Made by a program: the position numbers and the translations under genes. This document shows, piece after piece, positions 21,193-30,926 of a stretch of 64,000 bases of DNA (positions are counted from its first letter, which is position 1; each line of letters begins with the position of its first letter). Location of the stretch: positions 15,451 through 79,450 of the forward strand of contig JBJLJN010000014.1 of NCBI GenBank assembly GCA_045559735.1. Direction: 5' to 3'. The notes below the pieces were generated by a model. The model was not told the DNA's origin and did not search any database. It saw only the letters and a list, made by a program, of their open reading frames with translations. This stretch comes from Candidatus Thalassarchaeum sp. Lineage in GTDB: Archaea > Thermoplasmatota > Poseidoniia > Poseidoniales > Thalassarchaeaceae.

Positions 21193-21456
21193 CTACAGGC
21201 GCTTGGTTCCGCTCTTGCTTACGTTGGCCTTCTTGATTTTAGCCGGTAGCCATGCAGGCCCGTTCTTGGGCTTATTCACCATCTCAGTCCAGCCCTTGAA
21301 GCAGTGGACCTTGTTGGTCCCGCGCTCCCTGAGCTCTATATTGGTGTGTCCGCGCGTAGCTGCCTTGAGGGCCGCTCCGCGTGGCTGCTTGCTAACGAAC
21401 ACCTGTGTGGTGTCATTTCCGCCTTCCATCAGTACGAAGTATTTCTTTCCAGACAT
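21193..21456 (-). CDS. Non-histone chromosomal protein MC1 family
   Basis: Basic 87 aa; F...QPRGAALKAA.RG, LRERGT.KVH.F.G and P.WLP..I.K..V.K motifs; GGAGG RBS. Confidence 0.92.
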   Translation of the reverse strand: MSGKKYFVLMEGGNDTTQVFVSKQPRGAALKAATRGHTNIELRERGTNKVHCFKGWTEMVNKPKNGPAWLPAKIKKANVSKSGTKRL

Positions 21457-21539
21457 GTAGCAATTCCTCCGTCTCGTCGGCTCTCAAAAGAGATAATGAA
21501 GTTATGGGATGAAATTCGCTATACTGCGCCCCAATTGAG

Positions 21540-21557
21540 GGTTTTTAGAAAAAACCG
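21540..21557 (-). terminator. Probable oligo-T terminator (GGTTTTTTCTAAAAACC on minus strand) after the Lrp-domain gene
   Basis: T6 run about 10 nt after the stop codon; also a weak inverted repeat. Confidence 0.5.
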
Positions 21558-21566
21558 CTAATACAT

Positions 21567-21800
21567 TCACATCTCTGCGCAGGCCAGTGTTTTCGTGTTT
21601 GAAACCCCGGGAATTGATCTAATTTGCTCCACAACGCTTCTCGCGATGTCACCCATATCCTTCCCCTCAAGTTTGATTATGAGATCATAATCGCCGAAGA
21701 GCAGATTGGTATCAGATACACAATCAAGGGACGCTGCGGCATCGCAGACACTCTTCTCAAAACCAGGCTCGACATTTACAAGCACATAGCCCGATGACAT
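21567..21800 (-). CDS. Stand-alone Lrp/AsnC ligand-binding (RAM) domain protein
   Basis: 77 aa: GYVLVNVEPG...LFGDYDLIIKLE...IRSIPGVSNTKT. Confidence 0.88.
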   Translation of the reverse strand: MSSGYVLVNVEPGFEKSVCDAAASLDCVSDTNLLFGDYDLIIKLEGKDMGDIARSVVEQIRSIPGVSNTKTLACAEM

Positions 21801-21902
21801 AACCCTACGTACAAGGCACTCGCGAATCAAGGTTCCCCAATCCCCTGCGAATCTCAATGTTCCCGATGAATAGATATCCGATGGCCCCCTCCTTGGGAGC
21901 CT

Positions 21903-22544
21903 ATGGCGGAGGTAGTCATCGTCCGAGAGTGTAATCATGGCCAGGTCCGTGTACTGTTCGGCAACCTTACTCAGGTTGAGGGTGATGTGATGGTGGTCCC
22001 GGCCAATAACAGGCTCGCAGGCAGAGAGGGGCTGGACGAGCGAATGCACCAAGCCGCCGGGCCTGAACTCCGCGAGTTCTGTGCTGGAATAGCACGAGAG
22101 AGGAGGAAAGATAACCTGCAACCATGCGGAGTGGGAGAGGCTGTGACGACTCCTGCATTCAATCTACCAGCAGAGCATCTGGTCCACGTCGTCGGCCCCG
22201 ATTGCAGGAGGCCTACTCAGGACAACTTCAGGAGAGAGTTGCTGAGGAAGTCATACGATGCGCTTTTCGCACAACTGGAGGGGCTCAAGCCACGCAGCAC
22301 CCTAGTCACCCCTCCACTCGGCTTGGACGTCTTCGCATATCCCCTCAGAGAGGGTGCACGAATGACGATGGAGATTGTGCTAGAATGGATGGATGCAGAG
22401 GAAGACCCGGGTGTAGACATGGTTCTGATTGTGACCAATGAGAATAACTTCCTGACCAACATGAAGACCGTTTACAGGGAAACCGAGGACCGATTTCCCG
22501 GGGTCGACAGAACGAGGGAATACCGAAAGGGCAAGTTCCAGTGA
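21903..22544 (+). CDS. Macro domain protein (divergent)
   Basis: GNLT, PAN..L, HQAAG, GEAVTT.A.NLP...VHVVGP and P.....FAYP pattern. Confidence 0.85.
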   Translation: MAEVVIVRECNHGQVRVLFGNLTQVEGDVMVVPANNRLAGREGLDERMHQAAGPELREFCAGIARERRKDNLQPCGVGEAVTTPAFNLPAEHLVHVVGPDCRRPTQDNFRRELLRKSYDALFAQLEGLKPRSTLVTPPLGLDVFAYPLREGARMTMEIVLEWMDAEEDPGVDMVLIVTNENNFLTNMKTVYRETEDRFPGVDRTREYRKGKFQ

Positions 22545-22588
22545 TTGCTCACCAATGTCCTCAAGAACCCTGAGAATGCGATAGCCCC

Positions 22589-23170
22589 GTGGGCCGTGTA
22601 TACGAACGAGAGCTTAGAGCCGTTCTAGCCGGGGAGATAAAAGGAGTCAGGGCCATCATCAAATCCTGCACCGAATTAGAGAGAGCCCGGGCGATGCAGG
22701 TGGTCCAGAGGCCATTCCTAGTAGTCAGAGCACCGGGTAGCGGCTCAGAAGGGACGGGGGATCTGCTCGCGCTGCGGGGAGACATGTGCTTTCCGATTGA
22801 GGTGAAGTCTTCGAAGTCGCCCAAGCAGTATCTATCGGGCCGCACCATGCACCAGTACGAAGCCTTGCGCGAGACTGGCGAGAGGTGCGGTCTGCTGCCG
22901 CTCTATGCATATCGCCTCAAAGGAGTCAGGGGGGATAGTTGGAGAATCATGCGCGTAGAGGTCAAATCATTGACTGGGAAGTTGCGCCACTTATCCAGAA
23001 GCATCCCGAAGCTCCCACTGACAAAGAATGACACACCGCATCTCGATTGGCAGAAGGGTATGCCTCTACACAGGTTCCTAGCACTGGTATGTCGCTCGGA
23101 CGGAGCCCGATCGATAGACGAGGGTTCTGCTTCAATCAGACTGGAGTCGATTATCGAGTCGACTAACTAG
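22589..23170 (+). CDS. hjc: Archaeal Holliday junction resolvase-like PD-(D/E)xK nuclease
   Basis: YEREL, RAPGSG, DLLA and IEVKS motifs; GTG start. Confidence 0.85.
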   Translation: MGRVYERELRAVLAGEIKGVRAIIKSCTELERARAMQVVQRPFLVVRAPGSGSEGTGDLLALRGDMCFPIEVKSSKSPKQYLSGRTMHQYEALRETGERCGLLPLYAYRLKGVRGDSWRIMRVEVKSLTGKLRHLSRSIPKLPLTKNDTPHLDWQKGMPLHRFLALVCRSDGARSIDEGSASIRLESIIESTN

Positions 23171-23348
23171 GGCCTCCAGACATCTCTGAATCTATCTTGT
23201 CCAGCCTCTCTGTCAAGCGCTCTATGTTCTCCTTTACCCCCTCCATAGATGCCTGCTCGAGGATTCTGCGAATGCTGTCTCGCTCTCGTCTCAGCGAGTC
23301 TATCTTCCTGCTTTCGCTCTTTGAGCGACCGTTGGCTGACTCCGACAT
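23163..23348 (-). CDS. Small coiled-coil hypothetical protein
   Basis: 61 aa, charged heptad pattern; fills the gap between Hjc and the site-2 protease. Confidence 0.6.
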   Translation of the reverse strand: MSESANGRSKSESRKIDSLRRERDSIRRILEQASMEGVKENIERLTERLDKIDSEMSGGPS

Positions 23349-23427
23349 GAATAGGCGACGGGGTCTGACCTCATTTGCTTAGCGCATACAGACGCAGGTT
23401 GAATAGGGAAAATACCGCCCCTGAGTC

Positions 23428-24930
23428 GTGGAACCGGGACAACGGAGTTACTTGTTGCCTCTGCTCACGCTGTCGCTTCTGTACCTATTCGGAACGCCGC
23501 TGTGGGTCATTGTGATGGTGACTGTGTGGTACCTAACGCTGCTTTGGCTGGAAGATGGCGGGATTCTCGATCAGTACGAAATTTCAAGGGTTCTCGGAGT
23601 GATCCTGATGGTCAGGACCAAGCAGGGACAGGGGGTTCTTGAGAGAGTCTCTATGAATCGATCATTCTGGAGAGGCTTCGGTGAGTTCTCAATCTGGCTT
23701 TGTTTGTTCATCATGATTGGTGTGGTTGCTCTACTAATCGCCTCAGCCATATCCACTGCCATGTCACCTCCTGAGGATTACTTACCCGCAAGCGATCTTC
23801 TGCTGATACCCGGAGTGACTAGCTTCGTCCCATTCTGGTGGCCTGTAATAGCTCTGATTTTCGCTCTAGTAATCCATGAATACAGCCACGGGATACAAGC
23901 CAGAGCTCATGGTATGCGTGTGCGTAGCTTCGGGCTGCTATTGGCCGGACCCATTCCCATAGGGGCCTTCGCAGAGCCCCAGCAGCATGAGATGGAAAGG
24001 GCTCCATTGAGAGAAAGGATGCGTCTGTATGCTGCTGGTCCCTCAATTAATATCATCGCGACATACCTGACTCTCTTGCTTCTCTCGGCTGCGTCAACCG
24101 GACTAGTGGCGAGTTCTCCAGGAGTTTACGCGTCTGGGATTATTGCCGATGAGGGTGCAGAGGGGGGAGGTTTGCTTCCCTACGAGATAATCACTCACAT
24201 CGATGGAGCTCCCATCTCGGGATACTCTGACTTCTCGGATGAGATGTCAGCACTCTCTGCTGATGACTCGTCAGTATTTACGGTGCTGTCACATCCGGAC
24301 TCACAGGGAGAAAGAACTCAGAGAGATGTTGAGGTTACTCTAGGGGATCGTCACGACTACTACATCGGATTATGCGAAGGAGATTCTGCTTGCATCGAAG
24401 ATACTGAGGCGCTTCTAACAGAATTAGGGATCGAACAGGGTGACGCCTTCCTCGGAGTGAGTGGACTTCGTTCGACTTCGAACACCATCGACATGTACTC
24501 CAGTATCGTCTCATCTGATCGCGGACTGTTAGAGAACACACTCGTTACCGGTCTAGCTCCTCTAGGGATGATTGGAGTCCCAATTGCCTACGATGGTCAG
24601 ACTATACTGCTTGAGGAGAGGGGAATGCTCGAGGCAGGAGATGGTGTCATCGCGTCTGCTCTGGGAACTGAGGGTATGCTAATGCTCTTCGATTTCCTTT
24701 TCTGGATGGTTTGGATTAATTTCCTATTGGGTTTTGCCAATCTGATTCCGATGGTTCCCTTTGATGGAGGTCACATTGTCAAGGACGGGGTTCACTCGGT
24801 GCTATCTCGATTTTTCAAGGGTGCGAATCCGCTACGAATCGAATCAATTGCGGGAAGGATTAGCAGTATGAGCAGTTTCGTAGTGCTATTCATCGTCATC
24901 CTGCCAATCATCCTGCCCAGACTGGTCTGA
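23428..24930 (+). CDS. Site-2 protease (M50) with PDZ-like insert
   Basis: HEYSH, GAFAEP, AAGP and NLIPMVPFDGG motifs. Confidence 0.95.
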   Translation: MEPGQRSYLLPLLTLSLLYLFGTPLWVIVMVTVWYLTLLWLEDGGILDQYEISRVLGVILMVRTKQGQGVLERVSMNRSFWRGFGEFSIWLCLFIMIGVVALLIASAISTAMSPPEDYLPASDLLLIPGVTSFVPFWWPVIALIFALVIHEYSHGIQARAHGMRVRSFGLLLAGPIPIGAFAEPQQHEMERAPLRERMRLYAAGPSINIIATYLTLLLLSAASTGLVASSPGVYASGIIADEGAEGGGLLPYEIITHIDGAPISGYSDFSDEMSALSADDSSVFTVLSHPDSQGERTQRDVEVTLGDRHDYYIGLCEGDSACIEDTEALLTELGIEQGDAFLGVSGLRSTSNTIDMYSSIVSSDRGLLENTLVTGLAPLGMIGVPIAYDGQTILLEERGMLEAGDGVIASALGTEGMLMLFDFLFWMVWINFLLGFANLIPMVPFDGGHIVKDGVHSVLSRFFKGANPLRIESIAGRISSMSSFVVLFIVILPIILPRLV

Positions 24931-24934
24931 TGCT

Positions 24935-25750
24935 TCAAGACTCACCTCTCCTGCGCTCGGTGATTGCTTCCATCAGGTATGGTGTTGCGACGATTAGCGC
25001 GAATACTATTGCTAGACTTCTCCAAGTTGAATCGGTGACCTGTGTAGAGGTACCTGAGATTGCCAGTTTGGCTGCTCCGAGCCATGGAATCTCGGTTGCA
25101 GCAATGCCGATGATCCATTCGTCCTTGACAGATAGAACGGGGTTTCCGCTCTCGTCCTTCAGACCATTGCCACGGATGTAGGTCTCGCTAGCCTCGGGGT
25201 TGGTAGCCCTGAGTTGATCGATATTGCATCCATTGCTGTCAGGGTTATCTCCTGTAGTGAGGTATCCCTCATGTGATGGCTCCCAACTGTCTATCTTCAG
25301 ATTGTAGGTTCCACCGTGGTAATAACATTCGTAGTCTAGCGTCCAAGTAATGCTGTCTAAATTCACCAGAGGAGTTCCCGGAACATCCCAGCCACCTGAT
25401 GAATTGGCTACTGCCTTTAGAAGAGCCCTGTGAATTACAGGGGTGTCAGAGCCTCCGTTCTTACGGTAGATGATGACATCCCCTGCCATGCCATGGGACT
25501 CATAGCCAAAGTTCTCATTGCCTTCTTCGGTAGCCTCGACATAGGTAACTATCTCGACTCTGTCCGGATTCATCACAAGAATCAGATCACCGGGATCGAT
25601 AGCTCCCACAGAGCCTTCGTCTTCATGCATCATCGACCCTGACTCTACCACGACCATCGGAGGGAATGAGCCTGTTGCGGCCCACATAGAGCCCAGAAGG
25701 ATGGTCACTAGGCCGATTGCAAGTGTCGCTTCCCTAGCGAACTCTGTCAT
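24935..25750 (-). CDS. Signal peptidase I (S26, archaeal type)
   Basis: VVESGSM, GD, VIHR, TTGDN and IPWLG motifs; TMs at both ends. Confidence 0.9.
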   Translation of the reverse strand: MTEFAREATLAIGLVTILLGSMWAATGSFPPMVVVESGSMMHEDEGSVGAIDPGDLILVMNPDRVEIVTYVEATEEGNENFGYESHGMAGDVIIYRKNGGSDTPVIHRALLKAVANSSGGWDVPGTPLVNLDSITWTLDYECYYHGGTYNLKIDSWEPSHEGYLTTGDNPDSNGCNIDQLRATNPEASETYIRGNGLKDESGNPVLSVKDEWIIGIAATEIPWLGAAKLAISGTSTQVTDSTWRSLAIVFALIVATPYLMEAITERRRGES

Positions 25751-26578
25751 CTATTCCTCCTCCTCAAAAGAAGATTGTACCGGTCTAGTCGAGAACAACA
25801 GGGCTGGGCAGACCATCAGTAGCAGGATGCTAACAGCGTCATAGTATGGGGACGGTTCGAGAACCGTCGAGAACTCGTACAGTGAAGCTGTCAGATCCAA
25901 TGTGTGATCCATCTGGCCGCTCGGACCTCTGAACATTCCGAGTGCCGAGTTAGCAACGATGCCGAGAGCGAAGAGCGAGGATGTGATGATGATTGCCTGA
26001 TTGACGACTGGTTTCCTGAGTGCGTGCAGTCCGGGCAGGGTTCGAGAGAGTAGAGAATCAGTAGTATTCCACCATGTGTTGTCATCGGCTGGCAGAGAAC
26101 TGGCTGCTTCACCAGTGGCCGCGAAGTGTGGCCTTATTGGCGTAATAGCATCAACTCTGTACTTCTTCCCGATTTTGATGTTGTGGACCTGATAGAGCCC
26201 CATGAGGCGAGCCTGATAGTTCGTTCCCAGCATATCGGCTGCATCCTCGGCCTCCTTTCGGCGACGCAGAACCTCTGGTCTGGAGTCGATTAGCAGAATG
26301 TCTTCCAGAATCTGCTTCTGACCCCAATAGACGAAGAACTCGGGAGCGGCATAGAAGGCGACTATGAGGCCGCCGACGAACGCCAACCAACTCCATGGAA
26401 TCAGATGCTGCAAATCTGGGTCACTGTAGCCTCCCAATATGAACAGGAAGACGAAGCCCCAGACGAGGGAAGCGGCGGAGAGAATGGTAGAATACATGAT
26501 GATGGCGAAGTGTCGATCACTCTGATTCTGCCACCAACGACCGATGAAACTCTGCTTGGAGGTACCTCTGCTCGCCAT
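25751..26578 (-). CDS. Hypothetical membrane protein (4 TM)
   Basis: 275 aa; abuts the signal peptidase gene on the same strand. Confidence 0.8.
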   Translation of the reverse strand: MASRGTSKQSFIGRWWQNQSDRHFAIIMYSTILSAASLVWGFVFLFILGGYSDPDLQHLIPWSWLAFVGGLIVAFYAAPEFFVYWGQKQILEDILLIDSRPEVLRRRKEAEDAADMLGTNYQARLMGLYQVHNIKIGKKYRVDAITPIRPHFAATGEAASSLPADDNTWWNTTDSLLSRTLPGLHALRKPVVNQAIIITSSLFALGIVANSALGMFRGPSGQMDHTLDLTASLYEFSTVLEPSPYYDAVSILLLMVCPALLFSTRPVQSSFEEEE

Positions 26579-26708
26579 TTCTCTCTGCCCGGCGTCATGC
26601 TCTCCCGATTAGTGCCTTCCGACGAGTAGTTCAAGCCAAAGTTGGCTCTTCTACAGACACAAATTCTGCTCCGATTGGTTCATGTGCTTTACTCAGACTG
26701 GCGATTCG

Positions 26709-27866
26709 ATGCGCGAATGGGCCTCTGCTTTGCTCGTCTGTGCTCTTCTAGTCATAGGGTGCACATCTCCCCCTCCACCCGACATGGATAATGACGGAAT
26801 CACCGATTCCGAGGATGTTGATGTCGATGGAGATGGATACAACAACACTGTCGAGCTCGATTGCATGAGTGATGCTTGGAACTCAACCTCAACCCCGTCT
26901 GACATCGATGGAGATGGCGAATGCGACGCAATTGACTCGGATATCGACGGGGACGGCCTACCTAACGAGTGGGAAGAGGAGCGGGGTTTCGATCCTCTGG
27001 ATTCTGACAGTATGATGTCATGTCACGGAGAGGCGGTTTACTGCCTGAGGACATACGATGACTTCACATTCCCGGAGACACACAATGCGTACTCTACTGT
27101 CGAGGACCAGTTCCTAATTGGAGTTAACCACTACACCGGACTACAATGGCAGTGGGACGATGGTATCAGGGCATTCATGGTCGACTCGCATCACCGTAGC
27201 TACGAAAATACCAGTGCAGAGGATGTGAGATTCTGCCACGGAACTGGGCAGTTCTTCCATCCCTGCCAGTTCGGTGAGGCCGATGCTTTCGAGTGGATTA
27301 GTCTACTTGGCTCACTGATGAACAACAGCAGCGGTGACGTGGTCACGCTGCTGATTGAGAACTATGTTCCAGCAGAACATCTAGAATTCCTGTTCAAGGA
27401 GACGGGGATGTACGAGAGAATCTACACGCATACCTTCGGTGAGCCTTGGCCCAGCTTGGGTGATTTGGTTCTGGCAGGAACTGATCTGGTGGTGTTCTGG
27501 GAGCAGTCGCAGAATGACGATTTCCCTTGGCTACATGACTTCGGTGTATTCAGTTGGACTACCGACTACGCCGAGGACAATCCCGAGGACATGACTTGCA
27601 CAGTATACCGAGGAGACGGGGCGCAACCGGTCTGGCACTTGAACAACTGGCTGACCAGCGCATTTGGGCTGCCCGACCCAATCAGAGCCGTTGATGTCAA
27701 TGACTACGACAATCTCCTAGAGAGGGCGCTTGAATGCTGGGAGATAATGGACAACAGGCCGACGTTCATCGCTGTTGACTACTGGGAGGAAGGAGAAATC
27801 ACCAATGTGACAATCACCATGAACAAGATGTCGCATTGGTCCGACCTGGTTCCCGAGCACCCTTAG
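26709..27866 (+). CDS. Lipoprotein with Ca-binding DxDxDG repeats and a PI-PLC-like phosphodiesterase domain
   Basis: Lipobox-like LVIGC; DMDNDG, DVDGDG and DIDGDG repeats; THNAYS, GIRAFMVD, FCHG, VVTLLIENY and PTFIAVDY. Confidence 0.82.
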   Translation: MREWASALLVCALLVIGCTSPPPPDMDNDGITDSEDVDVDGDGYNNTVELDCMSDAWNSTSTPSDIDGDGECDAIDSDIDGDGLPNEWEEERGFDPLDSDSMMSCHGEAVYCLRTYDDFTFPETHNAYSTVEDQFLIGVNHYTGLQWQWDDGIRAFMVDSHHRSYENTSAEDVRFCHGTGQFFHPCQFGEADAFEWISLLGSLMNNSSGDVVTLLIENYVPAEHLEFLFKETGMYERIYTHTFGEPWPSLGDLVLAGTDLVVFWEQSQNDDFPWLHDFGVFSWTTDYAEDNPEDMTCTVYRGDGAQPVWHLNNWLTSAFGLPDPIRAVDVNDYDNLLERALECWEIMDNRPTFIAVDYWEEGEITNVTITMNKMSHWSDLVPEHP

Positions 27867-27908
27867 TCAGGTGCGAGGGTTTTCGGCTGTGCAATGAGGA
27901 GATGAGTC

Positions 27909-30890
27909 ATGTCGGGCCAATCCAACGGAGAGTTCCACCCCCTCGTTTCGGGTCTGATTCAAGATCTCGGATGGAGTCTGACTCCGATTCAGCAGGAGTC
28001 ACTGAGCGGACTATTGGGAGGAGGTCACCGACTGTTGCTGGCTCCAACCGGCAGCGGCAAAACAGAGGCTGCTGTGCTACCACTGGTCTCAAGGGCCCTG
28101 TCAGAGAATTGGCCAGGCCTGTCAATCCTGTATATTACCCCACTCAGAGCCCTGAATCGCGATATCGACAGAAGGCTCGGGGTAATGCTCGAGCCTCTCG
28201 GCCTCAGTGTGGGGCTGCGTCATGGCGATACCCCACAGAGTGAGAGGACGCGCCAGTCTCGATCCCCACCGAACCTACTCGTGACTACTCCCGAGACTCT
28301 CCAGATAATGCTCCTAGGGAGTCGTCTCAGACAGCATCTCGCCGGAGTCCGGGCTATCATAATCGATGAGGTCCACGACCTTGCGGCATCCGAACGCGGA
28401 TCGCAACTGCTGGTCGGAATAGCGAGAGTAGAGGAGTATTGCAGAGAGCAGATTCAGCGGGTTGGCCTGTCTGCGACGGTCGGCAACCCCAAAGAGATGG
28501 CTAGATGGATGGACAGTGATGCTGAGCCTGTTCTCGGACCGGCTCCTCGGACGACGAAAATCGAGGTCCACAGGGAACGAGTACTACCCGAGGACGAGGT
28601 CATATCAGTGGAATGGTCGATCTCAGCGAGCTCTGTAGCAGCATTCAGATCTCTATCTCAAACTCTGCTTGAGGACTATCCCTCTCTGGTCTTCGTAAAC
28701 TCGAGAAGCGCGGCGGAGACAGTCGCGCAGAGACTATCTCAGCTCTCTCCCGAGCTGACCATAGGGGTGCATCATGGGAGTCTGGCGGCAGAGACCAGAC
28801 GCGAGATGGAGAATGCTCTGCGTGCAGACGAGCTGCACGCTTTGATCTGCACCAGCAGCTTGGAGCTTGGTATAGACATAGGAACGATTCGAAGAGTGCA
28901 CCAAATACAGAGTCCACGAGCTGTTGACAGAATGCTGCAGCGGCTCGGTAGGGCCGAGCATCACATGGGAGGCACGGGCCGAGGCCGGGTTCTGGCATGG
29001 GATACTGACGGTATCTCAGAGGCTGCTGTCATCGCCCGGAGGGCGATGGGAGGAGAAATCGAGGGTGTCGAATGGAGAACCAATCCAGGTATTGTTGTCG
29101 CTAACCAGCTTCTTCAGATGTCGATAGAGAGGGGGGTAGTTCCACTTGCGATGGCCACAGAGATTCTACAGAGATGTTCCATACTGACCAAATGGGAGCA
29201 CGGGTCAACCATGGCTGTTCTCAGGGTACTAGACGAGCGTTGGTTACTTCGGCTAATCGAGGATCCTTCCGACTCAGATGTTACCACTTGGACTTCAAAA
29301 CTGTGGAGGGAGCTTGCCTCTAGATGCGAGGGTGATGCTCCCTCCGAGCGCCCCTCATGGGAAGAGAAGATTGCTGATTCGGATAAGGAGAAGTGGCGGC
29401 GTCAGTTCCTGCAAGTCCTTCCTGAATCTCTCAAAGGGGGTTGGTTCTCGCCAGCGGGTAGACTAGGGAAAACTCGGAGCGATCACTTCTCGATGATCCC
29501 CGACGAGATGTCATACAGAGTCAGGGATGCCGTAACTCGCAGGGTATTGGGTTCAGTCGACGAGGCATTCGTGCTTTCTCTGGGAGATGACAGTGGAGAG
29601 TCTGTAGGAAGGGCGCGCAGATTCGTCATGGCTGGACGTACATGGGAGATAATCGATGCTGATCCAGAACAGGAGGAATTACTGGTGGCGCCTGTCAAGG
29701 AGAGCGGTGAGGCACCAATCTGGGCCGGTGAGCTGCCGCCTGTCCCTCACGAGATTGCCGAGGAGGTCGGTCGGCTGCGTAGGAGCGCAGCCATAGAAAT
29801 CGGAGCATTGCCCTCTAACGATGAATACGAGTCATTCTCCTCCTACCCCCTATCCGAGATTGCCGCAGAGACTCTTGTCACTAGTGTAGTAGAGCATCTA
29901 GATGCGACAGGGGTACTTCCTGATGATAGGACGATGACCGTTGAGGATAGAGACGGGACCATCGTACTGAACACCTGTCGCGGCTCAAAGATTAACGAGA
30001 CTCTGGCTCATTTCATCCAAGCCATGGGATCAATGCTGCAAGGTAAGATGGGGAGGGCTCTCGTGGATCCATACAGAATCTCCTTTCAGGTACCCGGGAT
30101 GACAGCCAGTAATGTGATTGAGTGGTTGCAGGAGACTCCTCCCAATGCCCTGCCTTCTATTCTGAGGATGACCATCCCGAATGGTTTGGCTGTCCGATGG
30201 AGGGTCGTACAAGTAGCCCGGAGAATGGGTGTCCTCTCAAAGGGGGTTGACCCTAGGAAGGTCAACCTTGAGGGCCTTATGGAGAGATATCGAGGCACTC
30301 CAGTAATCGAGGAATCGCTCGACAAACTGTTCCATGAGAGAATGGACATCGACTCCACTGTGGATGTGATGAGAGATATACAGAACGGTGAAGTCGATAT
30401 CTCTCACACCGCCTCCGGACCACTGGGAATGAGTCCCAAGGGAGAGCGTGACCTGCTGCTGCCATCGTGGTCAGACAAGGACCTCAGGGAGCGTCTCGAG
30501 ATTCGTCTCGTGAACGAGAGAGCGGTTCTAATCTGTCTCAATTGCAAGAGTAAGCGCCGCAGTCGAGTGGGCAGAATGGAAGAGAGATTGGAAGACTGCT
30601 CATCGTGTGGAGGTATGATGCAAGCCTGTGCCCCTGAGAGGATGGAATCGATGCTATCAGAGTGGGTCTCAAGCAGAGATACGACCATCAGGGGGAAGAT
30701 GGAAAAGAACGCGGAGTTGGTACGTAACCATGGCGTAGAGGCTGTGATGTGCCTGATGGGGCGAGGCATAGCAGAAGAGACAGCGACGCGAATAATGCGC
30801 GGACATGTGAAGGGAGAGAGGATTCGACTGCTGAGATCCATTCATAATGCCGAGTTGAAGTATGCACGGACGCGAAGGTACTGGTCGTGA
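27909..30890 (+). CDS. lhr: Lhr-family DEAD/H helicase
   Basis: APTGSGKT, DEVH, SAT, HHGS, TSSLELGID and QRLGRA; C-terminal CxxC pairs. Confidence 0.93.
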   Translation: MSGQSNGEFHPLVSGLIQDLGWSLTPIQQESLSGLLGGGHRLLLAPTGSGKTEAAVLPLVSRALSENWPGLSILYITPLRALNRDIDRRLGVMLEPLGLSVGLRHGDTPQSERTRQSRSPPNLLVTTPETLQIMLLGSRLRQHLAGVRAIIIDEVHDLAASERGSQLLVGIARVEEYCREQIQRVGLSATVGNPKEMARWMDSDAEPVLGPAPRTTKIEVHRERVLPEDEVISVEWSISASSVAAFRSLSQTLLEDYPSLVFVNSRSAAETVAQRLSQLSPELTIGVHHGSLAAETRREMENALRADELHALICTSSLELGIDIGTIRRVHQIQSPRAVDRMLQRLGRAEHHMGGTGRGRVLAWDTDGISEAAVIARRAMGGEIEGVEWRTNPGIVVANQLLQMSIERGVVPLAMATEILQRCSILTKWEHGSTMAVLRVLDERWLLRLIEDPSDSDVTTWTSKLWRELASRCEGDAPSERPSWEEKIADSDKEKWRRQFLQVLPESLKGGWFSPAGRLGKTRSDHFSMIPDEMSYRVRDAVTRRVLGSVDEAFVLSLGDDSGESVGRARRFVMAGRTWEIIDADPEQEELLVAPVKESGEAPIWAGELPPVPHEIAEEVGRLRRSAAIEIGALPSNDEYESFSSYPLSEIAAETLVTSVVEHLDATGVLPDDRTMTVEDRDGTIVLNTCRGSKINETLAHFIQAMGSMLQGKMGRALVDPYRISFQVPGMTASNVIEWLQETPPNALPSILRMTIPNGLAVRWRVVQVARRMGVLSKGVDPRKVNLEGLMERYRGTPVIEESLDKLFHERMDIDSTVDVMRDIQNGEVDISHTASGPLGMSPKGERDLLLPSWSDKDLRERLEIRLVNERAVLICLNCKSKRRSRVGRMEERLEDCSSCGGMMQACAPERMESMLSEWVSSRDTTIRGKMEKNAELVRNHGVEAVMCLMGRGIAEETATRIMRGHVKGERIRLLRSIHNAELKYARTRRYWS

Positions 30891-30926
30891 CGCAATACCT
30901 ATGCGCGGAGTTCTCACCGTCAGCCC

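Noticed and set aside
21801..22121. N-terminal extension of the Lrp-domain ORF (track 21567..22121)
   Set aside because: It overlaps the divergent macrodomain gene; the recognisable domain starts at 21800.
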